Assembly (NCBI GenBank): GCA_964572485.1
Contig: CAZNGA010000001.1
Coordinates: forward strand, 30,565 to 94,564
Length of the DNA: 64,000 nt
From: an uncultured Chitinophagales bacterium
GTDB taxonomy: Bacteria > Bacteroidota > Bacteroidia > Chitinophagales > CAZNGA01
Direction: 5' to 3'
Shown: in pieces, positions 28,422 through 37,656 of the stretch
Numbering within the stretch: position 1 is the first letter of the stretch
Layout: each line of letters begins with the position of its first letter
Notes under the pieces: model-generated
Told to the model about the DNA's origin: nothing
The model's database searches: none
The model's input: only the letters and a program-made list of their open reading frames with translations
Made by a program: the position numbers and the translations under genes

Positions 28422-29693
28422 TTACCCACCATTTTGCCTATCAAGTTTTTTGTAAGTATCCAGGAGATCCTTCAACGTGGAAATAGTATCGGTCTGGACA
28501 GATAGGTTTTCCAAAAGAGAGCCTGCCGCCTTATCCACATCGATTAAAGGGTAAAAGTTGTCCCTGCAATAATGGGTATATTTTAGTACTTTAAACCCAT
28601 TGAACCACCTGTAGAACCGCTTGATAAAACTATCCAGGGAGCTACAATTCATATTGATTTCAGCAATTGCACTATTTATATCCTGATCAAGAAGGAAGGA
28701 AGACAAAGAATTTGGCAACTCATTTAGGATGTTTGCGATAGCCTTTACATCAATAACATTGAATAGTTGGGGAATGATATGGGATAGACCATTAAGGTCT
28801 TCAAATGTATTAGGGTGATATACCTGCAGCATCTTGCTTGACTCCATAAGATCTGAAACAGCCTTACCTGTTCCAAAAGGAACCCTGTCAGATGTCCTGC
28901 CTGATGGAAAGACGGTAGTATTATTAATTTCAGTGAAATTTCCCAGCGGAATGATCTTCTGTAAAAAATAGAAATCCTCACCTGCTTTTCTTTTGTTCAT
29001 GCCTCCCTGCTGTTGATAGGTACTGCTTCGTACAGCCATGCAGGAACCAATTGTGTGATAAGCATGGGGATGCTTTGCGTAGCGAAGGCCCTGAACATAG
29101 TACCTTAAATAGAGTTCATATTGTGCAATGTATTCGTACAATTGAGGCGTAAAATTTCCATTTAATGGATGCTCAAAATTAATACTGCAAGCCGTGGCCT
29201 TGGGATGATCTTTAAAATGGCTGTTGATAGTTTTTAGATAATTTTCTTCACATGTACAATCTGCATCGAGACAAACAATAACTCCCGAGCCGGGTGTTGC
29301 CCTTTCAAATCGGCTTACCGCTTCATCCATCCCAATTTTTCTTGCTAAACCTACCCCTGCATGTTTAATAGGCAAGTCTGGAAAATCAAGAACGTAGTAT
29401 TTTAATCTTTCATCATTATGATCATTGATCCATTGCTCCGTGGCTTTACGGGTTTTATCATTTTGGATCACCACCTCTTTCTCATCCTTTGCACCATTGA
29501 AAATAATAACCACCTCAACTGATCCCTCAGGACGCTGACAATCCCATAACGATTGTAATGTGGGTATTATAGATGGCTCATTATAGCATGGGATCACAAT
29601 AATTGTATGGAGATCAGCAGTTGGAGTTTCGTTGATTTGAGGAGGATAAAATTGGTGCTTATTGAGATAGGGATTATTGATTGACTTGTTCAT
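28422..29693 (-). CDS. Family-2 glycosyltransferase
   Basis: IIVIPCYNEPSIIPTL N-terminal GT-A motif, DxD-like LDADC, and a C-terminal extension of unknown function. Confidence 0.78.
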   Translation of the reverse strand: MNKSINNPYLNKHQFYPPQINETPTADLHTIIVIPCYNEPSIIPTLQSLWDCQRPEGSVEVVIIFNGAKDEKEVVIQNDKTRKATEQWINDHNDERLKYYVLDFPDLPIKHAGVGLARKIGMDEAVSRFERATPGSGVIVCLDADCTCEENYLKTINSHFKDHPKATACSINFEHPLNGNFTPQLYEYIAQYELYLRYYVQGLRYAKHPHAYHTIGSCMAVRSSTYQQQGGMNKRKAGEDFYFLQKIIPLGNFTEINNTTVFPSGRTSDRVPFGTGKAVSDLMESSKMLQVYHPNTFEDLNGLSHIIPQLFNVIDVKAIANILNELPNSLSSFLLDQDINSAIAEINMNCSSLDSFIKRFYRWFNGFKVLKYTHYCRDNFYPLIDVDKAAGSLLENLSVQTDTISTLKDLLDTYKKLDRQNGG

Positions 29694-29710
29694 TATGATT
29701 CAGAAAGAGG

Positions 29711-30361
29711 TTAAGGTGACAGTCGGGAGAGACCCCAGCCGTTATCTTCAAGAACGTATTGTAACCTGTCGTGCAAGCGGTTAGGGCGGGATTGCCAGAA
29801 TTCGACCCGATAAGGAATTACAAGATAGCCACCCCAATAATGTGGCTTTTCAATTTTTTTATCCTGATATTCATTAGCAAGCTCTATGGCTTTATTGTCA
29901 AGAATTGATCTGTTCTCGAGAAAAGCACTCTGATTAGAAGCCAATGCGCCTATCTTGCTATCTTCGGGCCGGCTATCAAAATATTCTGTGGAGATATCCT
30001 CGTCAACTTTTTCAATGTTGCCCTCGATTACTATTTGTCTGCCAAGTTCAGGCCAGAAAAAATTTAATGCGGCTAAAGGATTTTCGGCCAGCTCCCGGCC
30101 TTTTCGACTTTCATAATTTGTGTAGAAAGTAATTCCTCGACTGCTATAATCCTTGATGAGTACAGTTCTGCATGAAGGAGCACCTGCTTTTGTTGCAGTA
30201 GCCAAAGCCATTACGTTAATATCACTTACTTCAGCCTTTAGAGCTTCTTCAAACCAAATACCAAATTGATCGATCGGATCCGTCGCCATTTTACTCTTTA
30301 ATAATTCAGCGCTGGCATACTCTTTGCGAAGATTGTTGAGGAGTTCTTTTGTTGAAACCAC
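29711..30361 (-). CDS. pdxH: Pyridoxamine 5'-phosphate oxidase
   Basis: RTVLIKDYSSRGITFYTNYESRKGRELAENP and WQSRPNRLHDRLQY, classic PdxH motifs. GTG start in the track. Confidence 0.92.
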   Translation of the reverse strand: MVSTKELLNNLRKEYASAELLKSKMATDPIDQFGIWFEEALKAEVSDINVMALATATKAGAPSCRTVLIKDYSSRGITFYTNYESRKGRELAENPLAALNFFWPELGRQIVIEGNIEKVDEDISTEYFDSRPEDSKIGALASNQSAFLENRSILDNKAIELANEYQDKKIEKPHYWGGYLVIPYRVEFWQSRPNRLHDRLQYVLEDNGWGLSRLSP

Positions 30362-30486
30362 AAGAATTTATTTATTTGAGAACAAAAATAATGATTAACT
30401 CAATATAAATTGTCAAATACTTTTAAATTTATAGGGTAAATAAAATGTATAGCTTTTAGCTTGAAAGGAAAATATATTAATCAACG

Positions 30487-31062
30487 ATGTTTCAAAATTT
30501 AAAAATAGGATTTGGCGAGCCGGAAAAGGGAAAGCTTTTGATCTCTGAGCCATTTATGTTCGATCCAAATTTTAAACGAACGGTTATTTTGCTTACCGAA
30601 AATAATGACGAAGGTACCGTAGGATTTATATTGAATAAGCAAACCGATTTGACCATCTCGGATATAATCGAGGAATTCCCACTATTTGACGCACCGGTAT
30701 ATTTTGGGGGACCTGTTCAGCCGGAAACCCTTCATTATGTTCATACAAAGGGAGACCTATTTGAAGATAGTGTGGAGATCGTAGAAGGAGTTTACTGGGG
30801 AGGGAATTTCGAATTATTGAAATCGAATATTGAAAGTGGGATGATAAGTTCATCCGACTTACGTTTTTTTATTGGCTATTCCGGGTGGGCTCCAGACCAA
30901 TTAGAGGCAGAGATAAAAGAGAAATCATGGATCCTGACACCAGCAGATGAGGAGAGTATTTTTTCAATAGATTCAGAGAGTTTATGGAAACAGGTCCTTA
31001 AAGAAATGGGTAAAGAATATGAGATCATTTCAAATTTTCCGGAGAATCCCAATCTCAATTAA
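30487..31062 (+). CDS. YqgE/AlgH-family protein (UPF0301)
   Basis: LLISEPFMFDPNFKRTVILLTENNDEGTVGFILNK and GYSGWAPDQLEAEI. Confidence 0.85.
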   Translation: MFQNLKIGFGEPEKGKLLISEPFMFDPNFKRTVILLTENNDEGTVGFILNKQTDLTISDIIEEFPLFDAPVYFGGPVQPETLHYVHTKGDLFEDSVEIVEGVYWGGNFELLKSNIESGMISSSDLRFFIGYSGWAPDQLEAEIKEKSWILTPADEESIFSIDSESLWKQVLKEMGKEYEIISNFPENPNLN

Positions 31063-31099
31063 TATTAGCTAAGAGCAGCTTAGTGTATCAGCATTTATT

Positions 31100-33628
31100 A
31101 TGAAGCATCAATTATATACCATTGAGAAGCTAGCCGAAATTGCCGGAGGAGAGTTAAAGGGAGCGAAAAATGTAAAACCTTTTGAGTATATAACCTTCGA
31201 TAGCAGAAAAATACCATTTCCTGAGAAGTCCATTTTTTTTGCATTTAAAAGTGAACGAAGGAATGGGCATGATTTTGTTGAGGAGCTATACGATAAAGGT
31301 CTCAGAAATTTTGTAGTTGAAAAGGAATTCAATATTTCTAAATATCCCAAAGGTGCTTTTTTGTTAGTGTCAAATACCATCGCTGCTTTACATTTGCTGG
31401 CGATCTCACATCGTAAGCAATTCCAAATTCCGATAATTGCCATAACGGGCAGCAATGGAAAGACCATTATTAAAGAATGGCTCTACCAGCTCCTTGAATC
31501 GGATTATAATATTGTAAGGAATCCAAAGAGTTTTAATTCTCAAATAGGGGTGCCTCTTTCCATCTGGCACATGGATAAAGAAAATACAATGGGAATTTTT
31601 GAAGCGGGGATATCTCAGCAAGGAGAGATGGAAAAATTGAAGAAGATGATCGAACCTAAGATCGGTCTTTTTACCAATATTGGACATGCGCACGATGAAG
31701 GATTTTTGAATATACGCCAAAAGGTCAATGAGAAGCTCAACTTGTTTACAAATACAGATGTGGTCATTTATTGCAAAGACCACCATGAGATATCCGAGAA
31801 TGTTACGGCAATGCGTGCACGCACAATGGATATGGAAGTAAAAAATGGGAATGGAGCAAAAGTTTTTACTTGGTCAAAGAGCTCAGAAGCAGATCTATTC
31901 ATTAAAAGCATTGAGAATGACCAACAAAACGCTCATATTGAAGGTGAATATAAGGGCCATATTATTGATATTACCATCCCTTTTAACGATGAAGCATCGA
32001 TTGAGAATGCCATTCATTGTTGGGCGATAATGCTCTATCTCGGAATTGATAACAAGATCATAAAAAATAGGATGACAGACCTGGCAAAGGTTGCCATGCG
32101 TCTTGAATTGAAAAAGGGGGTCAACAGTTGTTCTTTGATCAATGACAGCTATAATTCTGACATTGAATCTTTGAAAATTGCCCTCGATTTCCTAAACCAC
32201 CAAAAACAGCACATAAAAAAAACAGTCATTTTATCAGATATATTGCAAAGTGGCAAGCCCGAAATAGATCTTTACAATGAGGTAGCAGGCCTTGTTAATA
32301 AAAATGGGGTCAACAGGCTGGTTGGTATCGGAAGGGCTATATCAAAACAAAATTCTTGCTTTTCCTCAATAGATCATTTGGAGAAAAGTTTTTTCCAAAG
32401 TACAGAGGAATTTCTCAACAATATGTCACCTGACTCTTTCAAAGATGAGACCATATTATTAAAGGGTGCACGGACTTTCATGTTTGAAAAGATCAGCAAC
32501 CTTCTTGAAGAAAAGAGGCACGAGACTCTATTAGAGATCAATTTGAATGCACTTGAGCATAATCTCAATTGCTACAGGTCCTTACTAAAGCCGGAGACGA
32601 AAATTGCTGTGATGGTGAAAGCATTCTCTTACGGTAGTGGTAGTTTTGAGATCGCCAACCTTCTAAGTTTTCTGGGTGTTGATTTCTTAGCTGTTGCTTT
32701 TGTAGATGAGGGGGTAGAGTTGAGAAAAGCAGGAATAAGTTTACCAATAATTGTAATGAATCCTGAGCAAAAAAGCTTTGGAAGTATGATCTCTTATAAC
32801 CTGGAGCCTGAAGTTTATAGTATGAATCTCCTTCGTCAATTTGAAGTGGCTTTAAAGGAATATGGAGGAAGTGCCCCATTACCCTTTCCAATACATATTA
32901 AATTGGATACCGGAATGCATAGACTTGGATTTGTTCAAAGTGACCTTGAAGAACTTTCCAGGACCTTAAAAGATAACCCTGTAGTTAGTGTGAATTCAGT
33001 ATTTTCTCATCTTGCCGGTAGTGACGATAGTAAGCATGATAATTATACAAAACAACAGATCAGTAACTTTAAAAAAATGACAAAGAAGCTCCAGGGAGGA
33101 TCAAAGGAACCTATTTTAATGCATATTCTAAATTCGGCAGGTATTGTAAGGTTTCCTGATGCAGAATTTGACATGGTTAGATTAGGTTTGGGTTTATATG
33201 GTGTGGATACTTCAAATACGATACAAAAAGATCTTAGAAATGTAAGCACTCTTAAAACATCGGTAGCCCAAATAAAGGAGGTTGCGAAAGGAGAGTCTAT
33301 TGGCTATGATCGAAGCTTCATTGCTACTAAGAAGATGAAAGTGGCCATCGTTCGTTTGGGTTATGCAGATGGTTTAAATAGGAAATTAGGAAATGGCAAT
33401 GGTAGCTTGCTGGTGAAAGGCGTTTCAGCAAAGATCGTAGGCAATATCTGTATGGATATGACCATAATAGATGTGTCTAAGATCAAGGATATCAAAGAGG
33501 GGGATGAGGTCATCGTCTTTGGCGAAGAACAGCCCATTCAAAAAGTCGCAGAACTTTTGCAAACCATTCCTTATGAAGTGATGACTGGTATTTCAAAAAG
33601 AGTTAAAAGAATTTATTTTCAGGAATAG
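31100..33628 (+). CDS. murF/alr: Bifunctional MurF (UDP-MurNAc-tripeptide:D-Ala-D-Ala ligase) / alanine racemase fusion
   Basis: The N-terminal ~470 aa carry the Mur ligase P-loop ITGSNGKT. The C-terminal ~370 aa carry the PLP-lysine motif AVMVKAFSYGSG and the alanine racemase C-terminal barrel (YEVMTGISKRVKRIY). Confidence 0.9.
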   Translation: MKHQLYTIEKLAEIAGGELKGAKNVKPFEYITFDSRKIPFPEKSIFFAFKSERRNGHDFVEELYDKGLRNFVVEKEFNISKYPKGAFLLVSNTIAALHLLAISHRKQFQIPIIAITGSNGKTIIKEWLYQLLESDYNIVRNPKSFNSQIGVPLSIWHMDKENTMGIFEAGISQQGEMEKLKKMIEPKIGLFTNIGHAHDEGFLNIRQKVNEKLNLFTNTDVVIYCKDHHEISENVTAMRARTMDMEVKNGNGAKVFTWSKSSEADLFIKSIENDQQNAHIEGEYKGHIIDITIPFNDEASIENAIHCWAIMLYLGIDNKIIKNRMTDLAKVAMRLELKKGVNSCSLINDSYNSDIESLKIALDFLNHQKQHIKKTVILSDILQSGKPEIDLYNEVAGLVNKNGVNRLVGIGRAISKQNSCFSSIDHLEKSFFQSTEEFLNNMSPDSFKDETILLKGARTFMFEKISNLLEEKRHETLLEINLNALEHNLNCYRSLLKPETKIAVMVKAFSYGSGSFEIANLLSFLGVDFLAVAFVDEGVELRKAGISLPIIVMNPEQKSFGSMISYNLEPEVYSMNLLRQFEVALKEYGGSAPLPFPIHIKLDTGMHRLGFVQSDLEELSRTLKDNPVVSVNSVFSHLAGSDDSKHDNYTKQQISNFKKMTKKLQGGSKEPILMHILNSAGIVRFPDAEFDMVRLGLGLYGVDTSNTIQKDLRNVSTLKTSVAQIKEVAKGESIGYDRSFIATKKMKVAIVRLGYADGLNRKLGNGNGSLLVKGVSAKIVGNICMDMTIIDVSKIKDIKEGDEVIVFGEEQPIQKVAELLQTIPYEVMTGISKRVKRIYFQE

Positions 33629-33632
33629 AGGT

Positions 33633-34064
33633 TTATTTTTTAACAAAACCCCATTGCCAGGCACCTCTGGTCTTTCCTTCAATACTACTAAGGTAAAGTT
33701 CACTTTTGTTTACTTTAATGATCAGCCATTTTGGTTGAACATCTGCGTTGATGGTAAAAGGAAGGTAATTATCAGTGTATAGATGATGTTTTGTGATCTT
33801 ATTTTGAATTTTCCATTCAATATATTCGCGATCACCGGCGTGATCTTTTTTGTCATCTGTTAAGACCCCATAGGTATACTCTCTGATCCGGAGGGTGTTA
33901 TCTTCATCGAAGGTCCACTCTTCCACAACACCATAAGCCTGAGGACTTTTTATCCACGTTCCAATGATCTGTTTTTCAACGGGTTGGAAAAAATAAGTAT
34001 GGCATCCTGATAAGAATATCAAGATGAAGATCATGCAATACCATATTATCCATCGTCGACCCAT
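33633..34064 (-). CDS. Small lipoprotein of unknown function
   Basis: Lipobox FLSGC after a hydrophobic N-terminus. I recognise no motif, and the start is uncertain. Confidence 0.5.
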   Translation of the reverse strand: MGRRWIIWYCMIFILIFLSGCHTYFFQPVEKQIIGTWIKSPQAYGVVEEWTFDEDNTLRIREYTYGVLTDDKKDHAGDREYIEWKIQNKITKHHLYTDNYLPFTINADVQPKWLIIKVNKSELYLSSIEGKTRGAWQWGFVKK

Positions 34065-34142
34065 TTAAAGGATTTTTCGCAAATATATAAAGAATTATAC
34101 AAAGCAAATGAGATTCATTGAGAATTACAACTCATGATGATG

Positions 34143-35954
34143 CTAATTGATTTGATCACCCCTTATCTTTCTAAACCTTTTGCGAGCCTCAACGATCCAA
34201 ATACTACCCGAATACCCCACTATAAGTTGCTGATATAGTTTCATTGCTTTCTCTGTGTCATTCAGTTTTTCTTCATAAATACAGGCTAATTTAAAAATGG
34301 CGTCATCAGCCAATATTTCATAAGGATAGTTGGATATTATCTCATCCAGAAGCTTCGCAGCCCCGATGTAATCTCTTGTTTGTATTCTTATCTCTGCTTG
34401 TGCGTTGAGTACATCATCGGACAACGTATGGCCGGGGAATAGCTTTTTGATAGAGTCTAGCATTACAAATGCTTTTTCAAGGCTATTTTGAAAGATAAGC
34501 ATATCCGCTTCCGCATACATGAGCATAGGTACCAAAATGGTATCCAAGGCCAAATGATCTTGAATGAACACATACAGGTCGATCGCATCATTTGAGATCA
34601 ATTCAGAAGTTGCTGCTTGCAATACTTGTAGTTGGGCTTGTGCCCATTCAAAGTCTCCCTTCAAATAAGATAATTTTGCGTTTTTGAACCGAGCTAGTTC
34701 ACCAATAGGGCCATCTTTAAATGATTTGGAAACTTGAGAATATAGTAATGTTGATTCCCAGTAGTCACCGGTCATTAAATAATAATCTCCAAGGGTTAAT
34801 TTGCTATTTCCCACTAGCACCTTGCTTATTCCTCGGATTTTGTGTAAACCTTCCAATAATAGTATAGCAGAGTCAATATTATGAAGATATAGCGCTTCAA
34901 GGTTGGCAAGGCCATCAATTATTTGAGCCGTTGAAGCATTTTTGCCATAGTTGGTGAGTAGATGTTTATAATCTTTCTTTAGCAGTAAAAGATCATCCTT
35001 TGTATATGTATTGGTGCTTACTATTTTGGCTTTTTTACAATCAAGAAGTTCAATTCTTGCTGATAGGTTATAGTGATCATTTGGATTTCTGGCAATGATA
35101 TACTCATATGCCTCAATTGCTGCATCATAGGCAGTTTCCTTGAACGCCATACGAGCCAATTTAAGAATGCGAATACCATTTCCCTTTAGTCGACGGTCTA
35201 ATGCCTTCACCTGAATAAAAGCTGCCTTAAAGTCTTTATTTTGAATCAACTGCCATATCAATAGTTCAGAAAAAATAATAGCATCAGGGTGTTTTTGGAT
35301 CTTTCTGTACAATTGACTTTGGAGTTCATTGAATTGTGCCTTTTTGGTCAAAGACCTTTGAAGGTTGTTTTTGACAGATTGAAGCATTTTAGGATCACTT
35401 TCCAAAACACCAAGATAGACCACTATCATATTTTTGTAGTCGCCCTTTTTTTCATAAATGGAGGCAACTTCAAAGCTAAACATACCGGGAATACCATATA
35501 GTCTCTGACCTTTTAAGTACGTCTTCAAAGCATACTCATATTCTTCAATCACAAGGAAGGCATTGGCCAAAGTACTGATCTTGATTCTATCCTTGGGAAT
35601 TTGATTAATGGTTTTATCATATTGATTGGTAGCCTTGGATGTGTTGCCGGCTATAAAATACACGCGCCCAAGATCAACCATATAGATGAGGGAGCCCGGA
35701 TTTTGCTTGATCACCTTTTTTACGATCTTTTCACCTTTCTTATAATCTTCTAACTCTAGTACAGTGTTAAGGTAATTACGGTATATCTCCTTAGAGGCGG
35801 GGTTCTTTGCAAACAACTTTTCGTAAAGAACTACAGCTTTTTCATATTCACCATTTAGATAGAATTCCTGAGCCAACATTTGGTCAAGGTTAACTTGTGC
35901 CTTCAGTGAGGGTATGAAAAAGAGAAAAGAAAATAAGATGATACAATGCCTCAT
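34143..35954 (-). CDS. Periplasmic TPR-repeat protein
   Basis: Start chosen at MRHCIILFSFLFFIPSLKAQ (signal peptide). TPR-like A/Y/L periodicity is repeated throughout. Confidence 0.72.
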   Translation of the reverse strand: MRHCIILFSFLFFIPSLKAQVNLDQMLAQEFYLNGEYEKAVVLYEKLFAKNPASKEIYRNYLNTVLELEDYKKGEKIVKKVIKQNPGSLIYMVDLGRVYFIAGNTSKATNQYDKTINQIPKDRIKISTLANAFLVIEEYEYALKTYLKGQRLYGIPGMFSFEVASIYEKKGDYKNMIVVYLGVLESDPKMLQSVKNNLQRSLTKKAQFNELQSQLYRKIQKHPDAIIFSELLIWQLIQNKDFKAAFIQVKALDRRLKGNGIRILKLARMAFKETAYDAAIEAYEYIIARNPNDHYNLSARIELLDCKKAKIVSTNTYTKDDLLLLKKDYKHLLTNYGKNASTAQIIDGLANLEALYLHNIDSAILLLEGLHKIRGISKVLVGNSKLTLGDYYLMTGDYWESTLLYSQVSKSFKDGPIGELARFKNAKLSYLKGDFEWAQAQLQVLQAATSELISNDAIDLYVFIQDHLALDTILVPMLMYAEADMLIFQNSLEKAFVMLDSIKKLFPGHTLSDDVLNAQAEIRIQTRDYIGAAKLLDEIISNYPYEILADDAIFKLACIYEEKLNDTEKAMKLYQQLIVGYSGSIWIVEARKRFRKIRGDQIN

Positions 35955-36014
35955 TTGATAAAAATATAGGAGAATGGGTTGATGGCGATAAGCCCTCAAT
36001 TGCAAATGAAGTTA

Positions 36015-36803
36015 TTAATCTACAAGTGTATAAACCAATCTTACATTAAAGGAGACTTTAACAGGCTTGCCCCTTTGCTTTCCCGGATTCCATTTGGGCA
36101 TAGCTTTCACATGTTTTAGGGCTGCCCGGTCCAACGTTTGATCAACCCCCCTGGCCACTTTAACATTAATGACGCTACCATCTTTGTCGACCACGAAATA
36201 GACCCAAACTGTTCCTTCAATATCATTTTCTGAAGCAATTGGAGGATATGGGGCTTTTAAAAGATACTGCTGTAAGGCATTGGGGCCTCCCGGAAATGCC
36301 GGGGGGTCCTCAACGATCATAAATATTTCATTTTCGTCGATCACGTCCTCTTCAATTTCAAGAATCTCTATTTCGGTGTCTTCATCAACATCCATTTCTT
36401 TGATAATTGGATCGTCCTCCACTTTTTCCTCATCTTTAACAATGTCTAATTTTGGAGGAGGAGGTGGTGGTGGTGGTGGTTTTTCTTGCTTGGTTTGAGG
36501 CGGTTCCACAATGATCTCTTCATCCACGACCAAAGGGCCCAAAGAACTTTCTTTATTATCGTATGTTGTCCATGTAAAAGCAAATAAGGCAAAACCAAGA
36601 GCACAAATAAAGCCAAAACGGAGAAATATACCCCTTTGGTGTTCCATATCTGCCTCGGGATATTTCTTAACAAATGCGGATTTGCTCTCCGGAGTCTCTT
36701 TATAAGATGACATGATCTTTTCACGATTGGTCCTGAAAGAATAGATGATGATAACTATTAAAACGATCAACACGCCGAAAGAATATAAGAAAAAAGGTAA
36801 CAT
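36015..36803 (-). CDS. tonB: Energy transducer TonB
   Basis: N-terminal TM anchor, a Pro-rich spacer containing nine consecutive Pro, and the C-terminal TonB domain PPAFPGGPNALQQYL...IEGTVWVYFVVDKDGSVINVKVARG. Confidence 0.85.
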   Translation of the reverse strand: MLPFFLYSFGVLIVLIVIIIYSFRTNREKIMSSYKETPESKSAFVKKYPEADMEHQRGIFLRFGFICALGFALFAFTWTTYDNKESSLGPLVVDEEIIVEPPQTKQEKPPPPPPPPPKLDIVKDEEKVEDDPIIKEMDVDEDTEIEILEIEEDVIDENEIFMIVEDPPAFPGGPNALQQYLLKAPYPPIASENDIEGTVWVYFVVDKDGSVINVKVARGVDQTLDRAALKHVKAMPKWNPGKQRGKPVKVSFNVRLVYTLVD

Positions 36804-36813
36804 ACCTAAAGGT

Positions 36814-37191
36814 TTAAATTCTGTTATATATCATGCTGAACAACAAGGTGCCTATAGTACAACCCATAAAATTAGCCAAAATATCCTTGATCTCAAAACT
36901 CCTTGTAATAATAAACACTCCCTGTATTACTTCAATAATCGTACCATAAAGAGCCACAATGAGAATTGCTGATACTATGGAATTATAACGAAGTACCCTA
37001 AATGAATATTGCTTTTTGAATCCTACAATAAGCAGATAGCACAATACACCAAAGAGAAAGCAATGAACAAAAACATCAAAGGGGACAAATAGAATAAGGT
37101 TGACTACTAAAAGGTTTTTGGAAGGTAATATTAGCAAGAGCAAGATCATTAATGCCCATCCCAATCCTAATAAATTGTATCTTAAGAACAT
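36814..37191 (-). CDS. VanZ-like membrane protein
   Basis: Four hydrophobic helices and the C-terminal GTIIEVIQGVFIITRSFEIKDILANFMGCTIG (VanZ-like E..Q..R....D motif). The start was moved to the Met downstream of the gcvH stop. Confidence 0.55.
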   Translation of the reverse strand: MFLRYNLLGLGWALMILLLLILPSKNLLVVNLILFVPFDVFVHCFLFGVLCYLLIVGFKKQYSFRVLRYNSIVSAILIVALYGTIIEVIQGVFIITRSFEIKDILANFMGCTIGTLLFSMIYNRI

Positions 37192-37216
37192 GTAAAGTAA
37201 ACTTAAAAGGGAAAAA

Positions 37217-37597
37217 TCATTGTCCGATTTGAAGTTTATACTCATCTGGAGATAAAAGACCTTCAAGATTCCCTGGATCATCTAATGAGATCTTTATCAT
37301 CCAGCCGCCACCGTAAGGATCCTTATTCACCAGATCAGGTTCGTCCTCCAATATTGTATTGACTTCAAGGACTTTCCCCGGAGTCGGCATGAAAAGATCT
37401 GATACTGTTTTAACAGCTTCAATGGTTCCAAAAACAGCTTCTTTTTCAAGACCTTTGCCTAGCGTTTCAATTTCAATGTAAACGATATCTCCAAGTTCCT
37501 CCTGTGCAAAATCAGTAATACCAATATAAGCTGATTCTCCTTCCACAAGGACCCATTCATGGTCTTTGGTGTAAATTAGGTTATCGGGAATATTCAT
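37217..37597 (-). CDS. gcvH: Glycine cleavage system protein H
   Basis: YTKDHEWV and lipoyl-lysine motif GTIEAVKTVSDLFMP. Confidence 0.95.
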   Translation of the reverse strand: MNIPDNLIYTKDHEWVLVEGESAYIGITDFAQEELGDIVYIEIETLGKGLEKEAVFGTIEAVKTVSDLFMPTPGKVLEVNTILEDEPDLVNKDPYGGGWMIKISLDDPGNLEGLLSPDEYKLQIGQ

Positions 37598-37656
37598 AGG
37601 TGTAATTTTCCACCAAAAGTAAGATATTTTTTTCTAATCAAATACCTTAAAGAAAA

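Noticed and set aside
36446-36500. GGN-repeat tract (ggaggaggaggtggtggtggtggtgg), considered as a phase-variable simple repeat
   Set aside because: It encodes the poly-proline spacer of TonB in frame. The imperfect triplet repeat keeps the frame, and nothing indicates on/off switching.
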